From assembly GCA_045535205.1 (NCBI GenBank), contig JAZSLF010000141.1:1-59503 (forward strand): DNA of 59,503 nt, read 5' to 3'. This stretch comes from Eubacteriales bacterium (GTDB taxonomy: Bacteria; Bacillota; Clostridia; Oscillospirales; CAG-272). Below are positions 13,337 through 23,028 of the stretch, piece after piece. A program made the position numbers and the translations under genes. Position 1 is the stretch's first letter; each line of letters starts with the position of its first letter. Below the pieces are notes generated by a model. The model searched no databases and was not told the DNA's origin. It worked only from the letters and a program-made list of their open reading frames with translations.

Positions 13337-13375
13337 AACCCCAGGCTATCGAAAACAGCTTGAGGTTATTTTTTT
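13337..13375 (+). terminator. Rho-independent terminator-like hairpin directly after IR-R
   Basis: AACCCCAGG-13 nt-CTTGAGGTT gives 8 of 9 pairs including one G-U, followed by A and T7. Confidence 0.55.
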
Positions 13376-13385
13376 GCAAAAAAAT

Positions 13386-13424
13386 AAGCGATATGCTTCA
13401 AAAACCGAGCATATCGCTTTTTTA
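13386..13424. terminator. Bidirectional terminator (ends the yugP-like gene on the minus strand)
   Basis: AAGCGATATGCT-10 nt-AGCATATCGCTT is a 12-bp perfect stem flanked by an A-run and a T-run. Confidence 0.85.
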
Positions 13425-13466
13425 AAACTTATCCGTTCAAAAATTTTGAGGGTATTAGGGGAACTT

Positions 13467-14171
13467 TTACCTTCTTCGTCTGTTTACCAACAGGAGAAGT
13501 CTGAGGAGCTGAGCGAGGGAGACCGCAAGTGCCGCAACGTAGGTCATGGCGGCGGCAGATAAAACCTTTTTCATTTGTCCCAGCTCTTCGCTGTCGAGAA
13601 CATTATAGGTCTCCACCGCTTCGAGAGCACGGCGGCTTGCATTGAACTCCGTCGGCAGAGTCACAAGCTGAAAAATTGTTGAAAGAGAGAATGCAATTAC
13701 TCCAAGATAAGAAATGGCAAGGAACTGCTCTCCGTAATATGACAAAAAGAAGCCTAAAATAATGAGGGGGACAGCAAGGCGTGAGCCGATATTTGTAACA
13801 GGGATGATGGCAGCTCTCACCTTAATGGGAAAATAATTTGTCGCATGCTGAACGGCGTGGCCTGCTTCGTGGGCGGCAACACCGATGGCGGCGGCTGAAA
13901 TGCTGTCGTGAGTAGCCTCTGAAAGACGGATAACGTTGCTCTTGGGGTCATAATGGTCTGTGAGCTTACCCGACACTCTTTCAATTCTTACGTTGTGAAG
14001 TCCGTTGGCATCAAGGACACGGCGGGCAGCCGCAGCTCCCGTAAAGCCTCTCTTTGACGGGATCTTAGAATACTTGTTGAATACCGAATTAACTCTCGCC
14101 TGAGCTATAAGTGCAAGAATTACGGCAGGCAGCACAAGTACGAAATAAGACATATCTGTATACCAGAACAT
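13467..14171 (-). CDS. YugP-like putative neutral zinc metallopeptidase (membrane)
   Basis: HEAGHAVQH (HEXXH), an N-terminal TM helix and C-terminal TM helices. 234 aa, typical of the family. Confidence 0.8.
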   Translation of the reverse strand: MFWYTDMSYFVLVLPAVILALIAQARVNSVFNKYSKIPSKRGFTGAAAARRVLDANGLHNVRIERVSGKLTDHYDPKSNVIRLSEATHDSISAAAIGVAAHEAGHAVQHATNYFPIKVRAAIIPVTNIGSRLAVPLIILGFFLSYYGEQFLAISYLGVIAFSLSTIFQLVTLPTEFNASRRALEAVETYNVLDSEELGQMKKVLSAAAMTYVAALAVSLAQLLRLLLLVNRRRR

Positions 14172-14250
14172 AATAATATTCCTTTCGCAATACTGTTTGT
14201 CAAAAAAAATGTTTGTTTATATTATTAATGCCCAAAAAAATTTTTTTCGC

Positions 14251-14775
14251 TCAATCAATGATAACAAAATTATCTTTTCTCGGCTTTGCCGCCGGGTAAT
14301 CTCCGTCTGCATAACCTAAAATACAGTTGCCGATACCAGCGTAGTTTGAATCAAGCCCCCATTTCTCAAGAAGCGCTTTACCCTCTTCCGTCTCGAAGGT
14401 CTCTCTTGCACGGTGTATCCAGCAGGAAGCAACACCGATGGAATGTGCCGCATTCATAAGATTTCCCATCACAAGACTTCCGTCTTCAATATATGTATGT
14501 ACTCTTTTGTCAGCAAGGACAACTACTACGGTAGGTGCACCGTAAAAGGGATCGGCCGCACCCGGCTGAACCTTAGCGGCACTGTTGAGCCTTCTCAGTA
14601 TTTCAAAGGTCTCACCCTGCTGTACGACTACCATCACGGTACTTTGTCTGTTCATTCCCGAAGGGGCATATTTACCCGCTTCAAGTATTATGTCAAGCTC
14701 TTCCTTCGTTATCTGCTTTTGGCTGTAGGAACGAACACTTCTTCTTTCGCACATATTCTTTATTATGTCGTTCAT
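14251..14775 (-). CDS. Nitroreductase-family oxidoreductase
   Basis: The N-terminus is RRSVRSYSQKQITKEELDIILEAGKYAPSGMNRQS, and the length is 174 aa. Confidence 0.8.
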   Translation of the reverse strand: MNDIIKNMCERRSVRSYSQKQITKEELDIILEAGKYAPSGMNRQSTVMVVVQQGETFEILRRLNSAAKVQPGAADPFYGAPTVVVVLADKRVHTYIEDGSLVMGNLMNAAHSIGVASCWIHRARETFETEEGKALLEKWGLDSNYAGIGNCILGYADGDYPAAKPRKDNFVIID

Positions 14776-14853
14776 ATTGTATCCTCCGTAACGTTTTCTA
14801 TTATTTTACCATATAATATGAACTTTTACAATAGATATGCAAAAGAGAAAAGA

Positions 14854-15528
14854 TCAACCTATAAAGCTCACAAGTGTTTTTTCGATAAGCTCATGTCCCG
14901 CCTGGGTCGGATGGATGCCGTCGACACAAAGAAGGCGGGGAAAATCGTGTCTCAAAAGAAAATCCCTTCTGAGATCAATAAATTCACAGCCAAGCTCACG
15001 TGCAAGGTTTTCAACTAAATGGCTGTAGTATTCCTGCCAGCGAAACAGCATACTTTCGTCACCGAGCCATCCTAAAATATTTTCGTAGCTTAGATTTCTG
15101 CTTATCCAGTTCATGTATTTTCTGCAGTCGATGGGAACGAGTGAGGTCATGGCAACAGTTGCACCCTTTTTCAAGGCACTCTTTACCGCTTCGCTGTAGG
15201 TTGCGATAAATTTTTCGGGTTCAATATGAGGAAGGTGCTTTTCGCTTGGAGCCTCCGAAATATTCTTCCACTCATAATCACAGTCGTTCCCGCCGAATTC
15301 AAGAATAACGAGAGTTGATCTGTCACAGCTTTCAAGCTTTCTCTCAAGAGCACTTTTACCCTTTTCGATGGTTGCTCCTATTCTTGAATTGTTTCTCACT
15401 TCAATTCCTTTTTCTTTCAGCTTTTCAAAGCCGTAGCCCTCTCTCAGCTTGTAAGTATTCGTTTCCTCGTCATACATGACTCCTCGAAGAACGGAGTCCC
15501 CGTATATGTCTATTTTTTTAAAGTCCAT
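14854..15528 (-). CDS. SGNH/GDSL-family hydrolase
   Basis: Block I is IYGDSVLRG, block III is EFGGNDCD, and block V is DGIHPT. Confidence 0.8.
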   Translation of the reverse strand: MDFKKIDIYGDSVLRGVMYDEETNTYKLREGYGFEKLKEKGIEVRNNSRIGATIEKGKSALERKLESCDRSTLVILEFGGNDCDYEWKNISEAPSEKHLPHIEPEKFIATYSEAVKSALKKGATVAMTSLVPIDCRKYMNWISRNLSYENILGWLGDESMLFRWQEYYSHLVENLARELGCEFIDLRRDFLLRHDFPRLLCVDGIHPTQAGHELIEKTLVSFIG

Positions 15529-15828
15529 GTTTTTCTCCTTGTCCTGAAGGATCTCTTCCTGTTTAGTACCGCATATAGAAATTAAACGGCTTGTGTTAAG
15601 AGTTTACAAAAAATACCTTTATAATTCAACCTACAGGTGATGTTCTTATATAGAATAACAGTATTCAGCGAAGTAGAGCCGTTTTTGTCCGCATCAATCG
15701 GCGGTAGAGAGAGGTAAACCGACAGTAGAGAGGTCGGAAAATACCGATAAATAAAGAAAACTTTCTATTGTAATTTTTATTTTTTTATGATAAAATAAAA
15801 CACACGTAAAAAAGAAGGGAGTGTCAGC

Positions 15829-16512
15829 ATGGAAGAAATGAAGAAGACCGTAGCCGCTAATATAGCTGAGCTGCGTCGGTTAAACCGCATGACTCAGGCA
15901 GAGCTTGCTGACAAACTCTGCTACTCGGATAAAGCCATTTCAAAATGGGAGCGTGGAGAGTCTATTCCCGACGTTTTTACCTTAAAGCAGGTAGCCGATC
16001 TTTTCTCGGTAACTGTCGATTATCTTCTTGAAAGTCACGACGGCGAAAAAATCACTCTGAGCGATGCTGCAAAAAACAAAAACAGAAATCATATTCTTAT
16101 CTCCTGCATATCAGCCGGGCTTGTGTGGCTGATAGCTACAATGGTATACGTTGTTTTGGGTGTTGTTCCGGCCAGCCTTTCAAATCTTTGGATGATATTC
16201 ATTTACAGCGTTCCCGTAACTCTTATCGTAGTTCTCGTATTCAACTCCATATGGGGCAGACGGCGTTTCAATTACCTTATCATTTCACTTCTTATGTGGT
16301 CTGTTCTGGTTACAATATGTCTCCAGCTGTTTCTTGTATATCCTGTTTACAAGGTGTGGCTTATTTCAACCATCGGTGTCCCCGGTCAGTTCATCATCGG
16401 ACTTTGGTCGGGAATAAAGGTGGTTAAGGTAAAGGACTTTGCCGCAGGCCTCGTTTCAAAAAAAGAAAAGAAAAAAGAAGCTGTGGAGAAACAAAAAACA
16501 CACCATCAATAA
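15829..16512 (+). CDS. XRE-family HTH protein fused to a 4-TM membrane domain
   Basis: The HTH is MTQAELADKLCYSDKAISKWERGESIPD. Four hydrophobic helices follow. The C-terminal tail is K/E-rich. Confidence 0.75.
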   Translation: MEEMKKTVAANIAELRRLNRMTQAELADKLCYSDKAISKWERGESIPDVFTLKQVADLFSVTVDYLLESHDGEKITLSDAAKNKNRNHILISCISAGLVWLIATMVYVVLGVVPASLSNLWMIFIYSVPVTLIVVLVFNSIWGRRRFNYLIISLLMWSVLVTICLQLFLVYPVYKVWLISTIGVPGQFIIGLWSGIKVVKVKDFAAGLVSKKEKKKEAVEKQKTHHQ

Positions 16513-16721
16513 AAGGCTTGGCCGTTTCGGTCAAGCCTTTCAATTATTCTTTATTATTTTTTCTTTATTATTTATTCTTTAAAAGGTAAAATAATGTGAA
16601 AAAGATAAAAGATAATAGATAAGAATTATTAAAATGGTGTTATTAATCGGAACCTTATTGTTTCATAATATAAAAAGCTGCAGAGCACGTGCCCTACAGC
16701 TTTCTTTTTTATTTCTTTAAA

Positions 16722-17294
16722 TTACTTGATGATCTCGCCGTAAACTTCACCAAACGCACAAGCAGCATTGGATTCATCAGTATCAATGTGCATAGCTGCT
16801 GCGAAGTTGGGGTTTACACGAACAACAACATCGCCGAAAACTGTGCTTCTGCCGTTGCTGTCGATCTTTACGGAAACGATCTGTTTATCTTCAACGCCGA
16901 ATTCTTCAGCATCTGCAGGTGTAAGGTGAATGTGACGCTTTGCAGCGATAACGCCTTCAGCAAGCTCAACCTCACCGCAAGGACCTACGAGCTTGCAAGC
17001 GCCGCTTCCTGCGATGTCACCGGATTCACGAACGGGAGCTGCAACGCCGAGAGTTCTTGCATCTGTAAGGGATACTTCTACCTGAGAAGCAGGTCTTGCA
17101 GGACCGAGAATGATTACGTTGGGAATAGACTTCTTGGGGCCTACAACTGTAACTCTTTCTTCACAAGCGAACTGACCGGGCTGGCTCAGATCCTTCTTGT
17201 GTGTAAGTGTTGCACCTTCACCGAAAAGAGTGTTGATGTCTGCCGCAGAAAGATGTACGTGTCTTGCGGATGTTTCTACAAGTACTTTTGCCAT
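16722..17294 (-). CDS. pduL: Phosphate propanoyl/acetyl-transferase PduL
   Basis: The duplicated PduL signature is present (SARHVHLS... and AAKRHIHLTPADAE...). 190 aa. RBS AAGGAGA. Confidence 0.85.
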   Translation of the reverse strand: MAKVLVETSARHVHLSAADINTLFGEGATLTHKKDLSQPGQFACEERVTVVGPKKSIPNVIILGPARPASQVEVSLTDARTLGVAAPVRESGDIAGSGACKLVGPCGEVELAEGVIAAKRHIHLTPADAEEFGVEDKQIVSVKIDSNGRSTVFGDVVVRVNPNFAAAMHIDTDESNAACAFGEVYGEIIK

Positions 17295-17421
17295 TATGTA
17301 TTTCTCCTTGAAATAAGTAGTAATTTGTTGCTTTTATAAGTATACCACCTATATTTTGTTTTGTAAAGTCAAATTATGTAAAAATATATAATAAGGGGTG
17401 CCCGAAGACACCCCTTGTTAT

Positions 17422-20400
17422 TTAGTTGTTTGTGAAATAGTAGTTAAGTCTGCCGTGAGGCATTGTGTCACCGTCGGTGTACATTTCTTCCATTGTGTCG
17501 ATAACGCTTTCGCTGTCCGCCCACTTGAATGAGAAGGAAATATCGTTATAGTCGGTGATACCGAGAGCAGAGAGAGGTACCTTTACCATCATCATCTTGC
17601 CTTCAATTCTGTAGGAGATGTTGGAGTCTACTACGGAATAGCTGTAGCTTGAGGAGGATGTGCTCTTTGCAACAGATGTCTTTGTGCTGCTTGAGGGTGA
17701 GTAGTTTACAATGTAATCGTAGCCGTACCAGCCTGTTGACTTTTCGGAGTCGATGTCAATGTAAAGCTTCATCCAGGAAGCGTTCTTGTTGTAAGAGGAG
17801 ATAGCACCGTTTGCTTCTACGTAGAAGTAAGCGTATTCTGTGTCACATACTACCTTGGTGCTCTTGAGGTCATTCTTGAAGCTGCTGTTTACGTATGCGA
17901 TGCCGCCGAAGCCGCCTGCATTTCTGTCGTAGGTCTCACCTGTTGCATCACGGTAGGAGAGTGTGATGTCATTCCACTGGTCGAAGGAACCGGAAATGTC
18001 GATACGCTTTCTTGAGTTCTGAACAAGTGTGGGAGCTGCACCCTTATAGCGTCTGACGTTGTAGATAAGCTGCATATAGTAGTTATCGAAATAATAACCT
18101 CTGATCATTTCGATGTCACGGGAGAAGTCAACAGTTGCAGTATCTACAAAGAGAGCCATGTTGTGATTGTTTGCATCACGGAGTGTTCCCGTTGTATCGA
18201 TCTTACCTGCTGCCCATTCGTTCCAGCCTGTTACGAGAACTACGGGAATGTCGGGATAACTTTCATGAACTGTATCCCACTGTTCCTGGAAGTTGTAGCC
18301 GTACTTATAAGCACCTGTTGATGTGTCGTTTGCACCGTTGTGCCAGTTTCTGCCGTGGTTGAGCTTGGAGGTGAAGATGACCTTGCTGGGAACGATGTTG
18401 TAGCCGTAGATACCGGAGTCACCGAATGCGATGGTTCCCATGTGCTGTGCTACGGATACGTTGATAGCTTCGATCTTGCCTGTTGAAGCATTATAGTTGG
18501 GCTTTGCAGGATCTGTGAAGTCCATCCATGACCATGCGTTCGTCTTCTTTGCTTCTTCGTCGGGCCACTGGCTCTGTCTGAAGGTGAAGAAGCTCTGTGC
18601 TGCTGCGGGAAGGGCATTGAACTCTGTCTGCTTACCGATGATCACAGGCTTGCCTTCATAGCAGAACCATGTATCAGGCAGATAGTTTGCAGCATAAATG
18701 TTGTTGTAGAGATACTGAAGTATTGAAATGTTGCCTGTATATGAGCTGTGAGAATTGTTAGCGTAGAATACAACCTTGGGAGGCTCGTAGCCCATCATGT
18801 TGAATTCATGAACAACGTTCATTACCTTCTTTGCAGTATCAATATAGGGAACGCCGTTTGTTACATCGAAGAAGATGAAGTCAACGTCAGCGTTGGTCAG
18901 TTCTTCTATGTGCTTTCTGATTACCCATTCATCGTTGCTGAAGTAGTAGCCGAAGAGAGGCTCGGAGAAGAAGTGGTGCTCGTTCATGGGGCCCCAAACA
19001 CTTGAGTTGCCGGGGATATTGCCTACACCGTACTGTTCAACAAGCTTCTGAATGTCGTAAGGACCGCCTGTACCGTGTGCACCGAGCCAGAGGAAGTAGA
19101 ATACACCTACGTTCTTATCTGTGAAGTCGTAAGTTCCCACTACGCTGTCTGATGTTGTGTAAAGGTCACGGTTTACGTCGTCGGTAGCAACCGTGATACC
19201 GCTTGTGTAGTTGACCTTGTAGGGATATGTCTGACCGTCGGCGGTCATCGTTGTACCGTCAGAGGATACCTTGTATGCGTTTTCACCCTTAACATTGTTG
19301 AGGGTATCTGTTTCCTTATCAACTACGGCTTCCTTGAGTGTGAAGGTGATGTCGGTAACGACAGCACCGTCGCCTGTTGCCATATAGAAGGACATATAGA
19401 GAGGTCCTACGTATGTGCTGTTTATAGGTGTGCTTACGGTTCTTGTGGATACCCAGCTTGAAGAACCGCTTGCAACGGGTGTTGTTGTTGCAACGGAAAC
19501 GTGGAGGTTTGTCGCATTCTTATTGCCCTGCTGACCGAAAGCGGTGGGCTCTGAGAAGAAGCCGAATTCAGAGGTGTATGCCTTATAGGAAGCATCTGTT
19601 CCGTAAGTAATGGTTACTGCTGAATACTTGGAAAGGTCGATGCAGTCAGCAACCTTGATGTAGTTATCGTAGCTTAGGAAGCCGAGAAGTGTTCCTGTGC
19701 TTCTTGCAGCCGTATAGCCTGCTGCGGGCCATGTTGTTGTGAAGGGCTGAAGTGTGCCGTTTATTGTGGGACCGATGTTGTTGTATGTACCTGTGGTATT
19801 TATCATACCGAGAGTTTCAGCGGAAATATCAAGGGTGTACTTATCAGTAAACGTATAGCCGTTTGCATAAGCTTCCTTGTAATCGCCGATTGCAGTTGCA
19901 ACACCTGATGTTTCAGCAAGAGCTACAGAGTAAAGGTTCATTGTGTCGCCGCTTACTGCAGAATTGAAGAAGTTGAACTTGAAGCCGGAAATGTCACCTG
20001 TCCACGTTGCATCATCGGTCATGTCGATAACAACGCTGTGATACATTCCGTCATTATTTACGGTAAAGGTGTGAGCTGTTTCACTCTGAACGCCGTCACA
20101 ATTGCCGTAAACGGAGGCTGTTCCCGCCTTCGTTGTCATATATGTAAGCACGATGTACTTGTACTGACCTGCGGGAAGCTCTGCTGTGTCGGAGCTGTAA
20201 TCGAAGGTTACGTAAGGCTCTGAGCACTGAGCTGTAAGAACAGCCTTTTCATTGAAGGTAACCTTAGCTATGCCGCCTGCTGTTCCGCCTGAGGGAAGAA
20301 GTCCGAGAACCATTTTCTTGAGCTTGAGCGAGTCCTTAACGGTAACCTTTCCGTCGCCGTCAATGTCGGCCGCCGCTACGTCAAGCTCAACGTCCATACA

Positions 20401-21174
20401 AGCGAGATACTTTTTGATAATGAGCACGTCTCTTGAGTCAACTGTGCCTTCACCGGTAAGATCGCCGAGTGTACCGCTTCCCGCTTCACTCTTGAGGTAG
20501 GTGGTGTAGTTGGAAGCTGTAAGCTCAACAGTATGGGACATATCATCAGTAAGGCCGTTTGCCTTATTTGAACGGTATGTTGCGATACTGCTTGCTTCAG
20601 ATGCCGTTTTTGCAAGAATAATGGAGTCAACGTACATTACGTTACCCACACTTGCACTTGTGAAGGGGTCAAGGCGGAGTCCGTAAATTCTTCCGGTCCA
20701 TGCAGAAACAGAGCTCATGTCAATGATCTGTGAGTGGTATACACCGTCTCTTGTAAGTGCAACATCCACGGAGTGACCGCCTGTGGGAACGGTAATATTA
20801 CCTGCACAGTAGAAGATCTGTGCTTTGTCAGTTCCGTGATTTGCATCGGGTACTTTATAAGTAAGAACGATGTACTTATAAGTATTTGCACTCAGACTTG
20901 AAAGACCGAGCTTTGAATAGCTGAGCATAGCATAGGGGTCCGAGCCTGTGCCGGAAACTGTAAGCTGTGCCGCATTCTGAGAGGGAGCATAAGAAATGCT
21001 CAGGCTGTTTACCTGTCCGCTTTTATCAAAGTAGGAGACAGTATTTGCATTGTTGAATACTGCCGCACCGTCGCTTATATCATAAGATGCCTTAGCTGCA
21101 AGTACAACAACTGCCGCACCCAGACAAATGATAAGCGCTAAAAGAAGACAGGTCAGTTTTTTGATTTTTTTCAT
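17422..21174 (-). CDS. Large secreted dockerin-containing protein with duplicated N-terminal modules and a putative glycoside-hydrolase-like region
   Basis: A signal peptide is present. The internal type-I dockerin is GDLTGEGTVDSRDVLIIKKYL...ADIDGDGKVTVKDSLKLKKMV (about 20275-20470). Two homologous modules of about 190 aa flank it (...YKYIVLTY...WTG...). A central region with VTGWNEWAAG resembles GH99/WbsX-type barrels, but that assignment is weak. Confidence 0.7.
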   Translation of the reverse strand: MKKIKKLTCLLLALIICLGAAVVVLAAKASYDISDGAAVFNNANTVSYFDKSGQVNSLSISYAPSQNAAQLTVSGTGSDPYAMLSYSKLGLSSLSANTYKYIVLTYKVPDANHGTDKAQIFYCAGNITVPTGGHSVDVALTRDGVYHSQIIDMSSVSAWTGRIYGLRLDPFTSASVGNVMYVDSIILAKTASEASSIATYRSNKANGLTDDMSHTVELTASNYTTYLKSEAGSGTLGDLTGEGTVDSRDVLIIKKYLACMDVELDVAAADIDGDGKVTVKDSLKLKKMVLGLLPSGGTAGGIAKVTFNEKAVLTAQCSEPYVTFDYSSDTAELPAGQYKYIVLTYMTTKAGTASVYGNCDGVQSETAHTFTVNNDGMYHSVVIDMTDDATWTGDISGFKFNFFNSAVSGDTMNLYSVALAETSGVATAIGDYKEAYANGYTFTDKYTLDISAETLGMINTTGTYNNIGPTINGTLQPFTTTWPAAGYTAARSTGTLLGFLSYDNYIKVADCIDLSKYSAVTITYGTDASYKAYTSEFGFFSEPTAFGQQGNKNATNLHVSVATTTPVASGSSSWVSTRTVSTPINSTYVGPLYMSFYMATGDGAVVTDITFTLKEAVVDKETDTLNNVKGENAYKVSSDGTTMTADGQTYPYKVNYTSGITVATDDVNRDLYTTSDSVVGTYDFTDKNVGVFYFLWLGAHGTGGPYDIQKLVEQYGVGNIPGNSSVWGPMNEHHFFSEPLFGYYFSNDEWVIRKHIEELTNADVDFIFFDVTNGVPYIDTAKKVMNVVHEFNMMGYEPPKVVFYANNSHSSYTGNISILQYLYNNIYAANYLPDTWFCYEGKPVIIGKQTEFNALPAAAQSFFTFRQSQWPDEEAKKTNAWSWMDFTDPAKPNYNASTGKIEAINVSVAQHMGTIAFGDSGIYGYNIVPSKVIFTSKLNHGRNWHNGANDTSTGAYKYGYNFQEQWDTVHESYPDIPVVLVTGWNEWAAGKIDTTGTLRDANNHNMALFVDTATVDFSRDIEMIRGYYFDNYYMQLIYNVRRYKGAAPTLVQNSRKRIDISGSFDQWNDITLSYRDATGETYDRNAGGFGGIAYVNSSFKNDLKSTKVVCDTEYAYFYVEANGAISSYNKNASWMKLYIDIDSEKSTGWYGYDYIVNYSPSSSTKTSVAKSTSSSSYSYSVVDSNISYRIEGKMMMVKVPLSALGITDYNDISFSFKWADSESVIDTMEEMYTDGDTMPHGRLNYYFTNN

Positions 21175-21262
21175 ATTTGACCTCCGTTAAAATTTTTCAA
21201 ATTAATGTTCCTGAGAGGTTAGTTTACTCCTGAGTCCATGCATGATGACAAATATCAATTAT

Positions 21263-22801
21263 TTAAAGCTCTCCTCTGAAGGCGTTTTCGCCGAGAAGTG
21301 TTTCAAGCTTCTTTTTCACAGCCTTATATGCTGTGCCGAAGCTTTCGTCAGAATGGAAGTTCGTTTCCTCCCAGAGCTTTTCGGATACTGCCGCAAGTCT
21401 CGGAATTACCGTCTTGAATTCAAGCTGACAGGCAAGCCTGCTGCTTTCATATCCCATGAGATAATCGCCCCACGCACAGAGTGCACCGCCGTCGCAGGCA
21501 GCATCTTTTGACAGATGAATTCTGTTTTCGTGAGCAGGTGAGCCTTCCCACCAATGATCCCATATGTATTTATCCCACGTGAGAATTTCCTCAGGCGACC
21601 ACTTTCTCCACGGAGCAACTATATACACCGGCTGCCAGGAAGCGTTGAGAACGGTAAAGCCTGCCTCTGCAAGCTCCGGTGCAAGCTGATAATAGCTTTC
21701 AAATACCATGACAAGTGTTTCTTTTGGAACATTGTCATTTGACTCCTTGTGAAAGCCCTCCCACGCTATCGGTGTTTTACCCGCCGAAAGAACTGTTCTG
21801 CACACCCTTCCGACGTAATGGCCGTAAAGCTGTACAAAATCGGCAATTCCCTCTTTTTTCATATAGTCAAGAGTTCTTTCGGAGTCGCCCCATCTGCCGA
21901 GCACGGCTTCATCACCGCCGACATGGATAAAGTCGGAATAGCAGAAAAGCTGTGCCGCCTCTCTGTATATCTTATCAAGGGCATCAAATGCCTCATCGGT
22001 TGCGTCCATTATGCCGCAGGTTCCGAATATTTCGGGGTACTCCGCTTGGAAGCGGGCAGAATGACCGGGCATATCTATTTCGGGAATTATCATTACGCCC
22101 TTGCTGTGAGCATATTCACAGAGTGCCTTTATCTGCAGAGCCGTATAGTGTCTGCTCATTGTGGGAAGCTTAGGAAAGCTCTCGCAGGGCAGAGTGTAGC
22201 TCTGGTCGTCTGTAAAATGAATTATAAATCTGTTGATCTTAAGTAGTGAGCACAGATCAACATATTTGTAGAGATAATCGACGGGGTGCCATCTTCTTGC
22301 CACGTCAAGCATAAGACAACGGAACGTGCTGTCCGGTCTGTCCTCGATCTCACACATGGGAAGCTTTATGTATTTATCGCAGGTCCTCTCGCCGAGCTGA
22401 AGCACCGTTGCAAGAGCAGAGCAAAGGCCCTCTCTGTCCGATACCTCGATAATGCAGGCATATTCCGTTTTAAGTCTGTACGCTCCCTTTTCCATATCGG
22501 GACAAAGACGAACGGCAATACCCTTGTCACACCTTGTCTCACAGGGCAGAGCCATCAGATTTACGCTCTCTGCCTTTTCAAATTCAAGCTGTGTTTCCGT
22601 GAGAGGAGTCATCAGACTTTCGTCTGTCACAGGTATATCAAGAGGCGTAAATTCTATGCCCCAGAGCTTATCGGCTGTTTCCGAGAAGCTTTTCATTATA
22701 TCGTCAAAGTCGGCACAGCTGCAGGAATATACGGGTTTTATACATAGATAACCGTCTTTTTCCTTATAGCTTTTGGGAGAAGGAATTAATCTGATACTCA
22801 T
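21263..22801 (-). CDS. Beta-N-acetylhexosaminidase (GH20)
   Basis: Motifs MLDVARRWH, IPEIDMPGH and HVGGDE. The start is moved to ATG 22801 (MSIRLIP), which has RBS AGAGGAAAA. The ORF-track N-terminal extension lacks an RBS. Confidence 0.8.
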   Translation of the reverse strand: MSIRLIPSPKSYKEKDGYLCIKPVYSCSCADFDDIMKSFSETADKLWGIEFTPLDIPVTDESLMTPLTETQLEFEKAESVNLMALPCETRCDKGIAVRLCPDMEKGAYRLKTEYACIIEVSDREGLCSALATVLQLGERTCDKYIKLPMCEIEDRPDSTFRCLMLDVARRWHPVDYLYKYVDLCSLLKINRFIIHFTDDQSYTLPCESFPKLPTMSRHYTALQIKALCEYAHSKGVMIIPEIDMPGHSARFQAEYPEIFGTCGIMDATDEAFDALDKIYREAAQLFCYSDFIHVGGDEAVLGRWGDSERTLDYMKKEGIADFVQLYGHYVGRVCRTVLSAGKTPIAWEGFHKESNDNVPKETLVMVFESYYQLAPELAEAGFTVLNASWQPVYIVAPWRKWSPEEILTWDKYIWDHWWEGSPAHENRIHLSKDAACDGGALCAWGDYLMGYESSRLACQLEFKTVIPRLAAVSEKLWEETNFHSDESFGTAYKAVKKKLETLLGENAFRGEL

Positions 22802-23028
22802 TCGTTTTCCTCTGTATCTAAAGTTATACAGTACAATTGTAACATATATTATAATCAATTTCAAGGGATACAGACCCATTAAACTTTATTTCTGCGTATT
22901 TTTTAACTTCTGTTTTACCCTGTATACGTCATAGTAACTAATATTTTTGTTTTTTACTTGATTTTAGAACAGAATTATAGTACAATATATAATGATTTAT
23001 ATTTTAATGGTATTCCAAAGAGGTTTAT

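Noticed and set aside
16689-17339. 216-aa plus-strand ORF
   Set aside because: It is exactly antisense to pduL, whose translation carries the duplicated PduL signature and a good RBS. The plus-strand product is Cys-rich nonsense.
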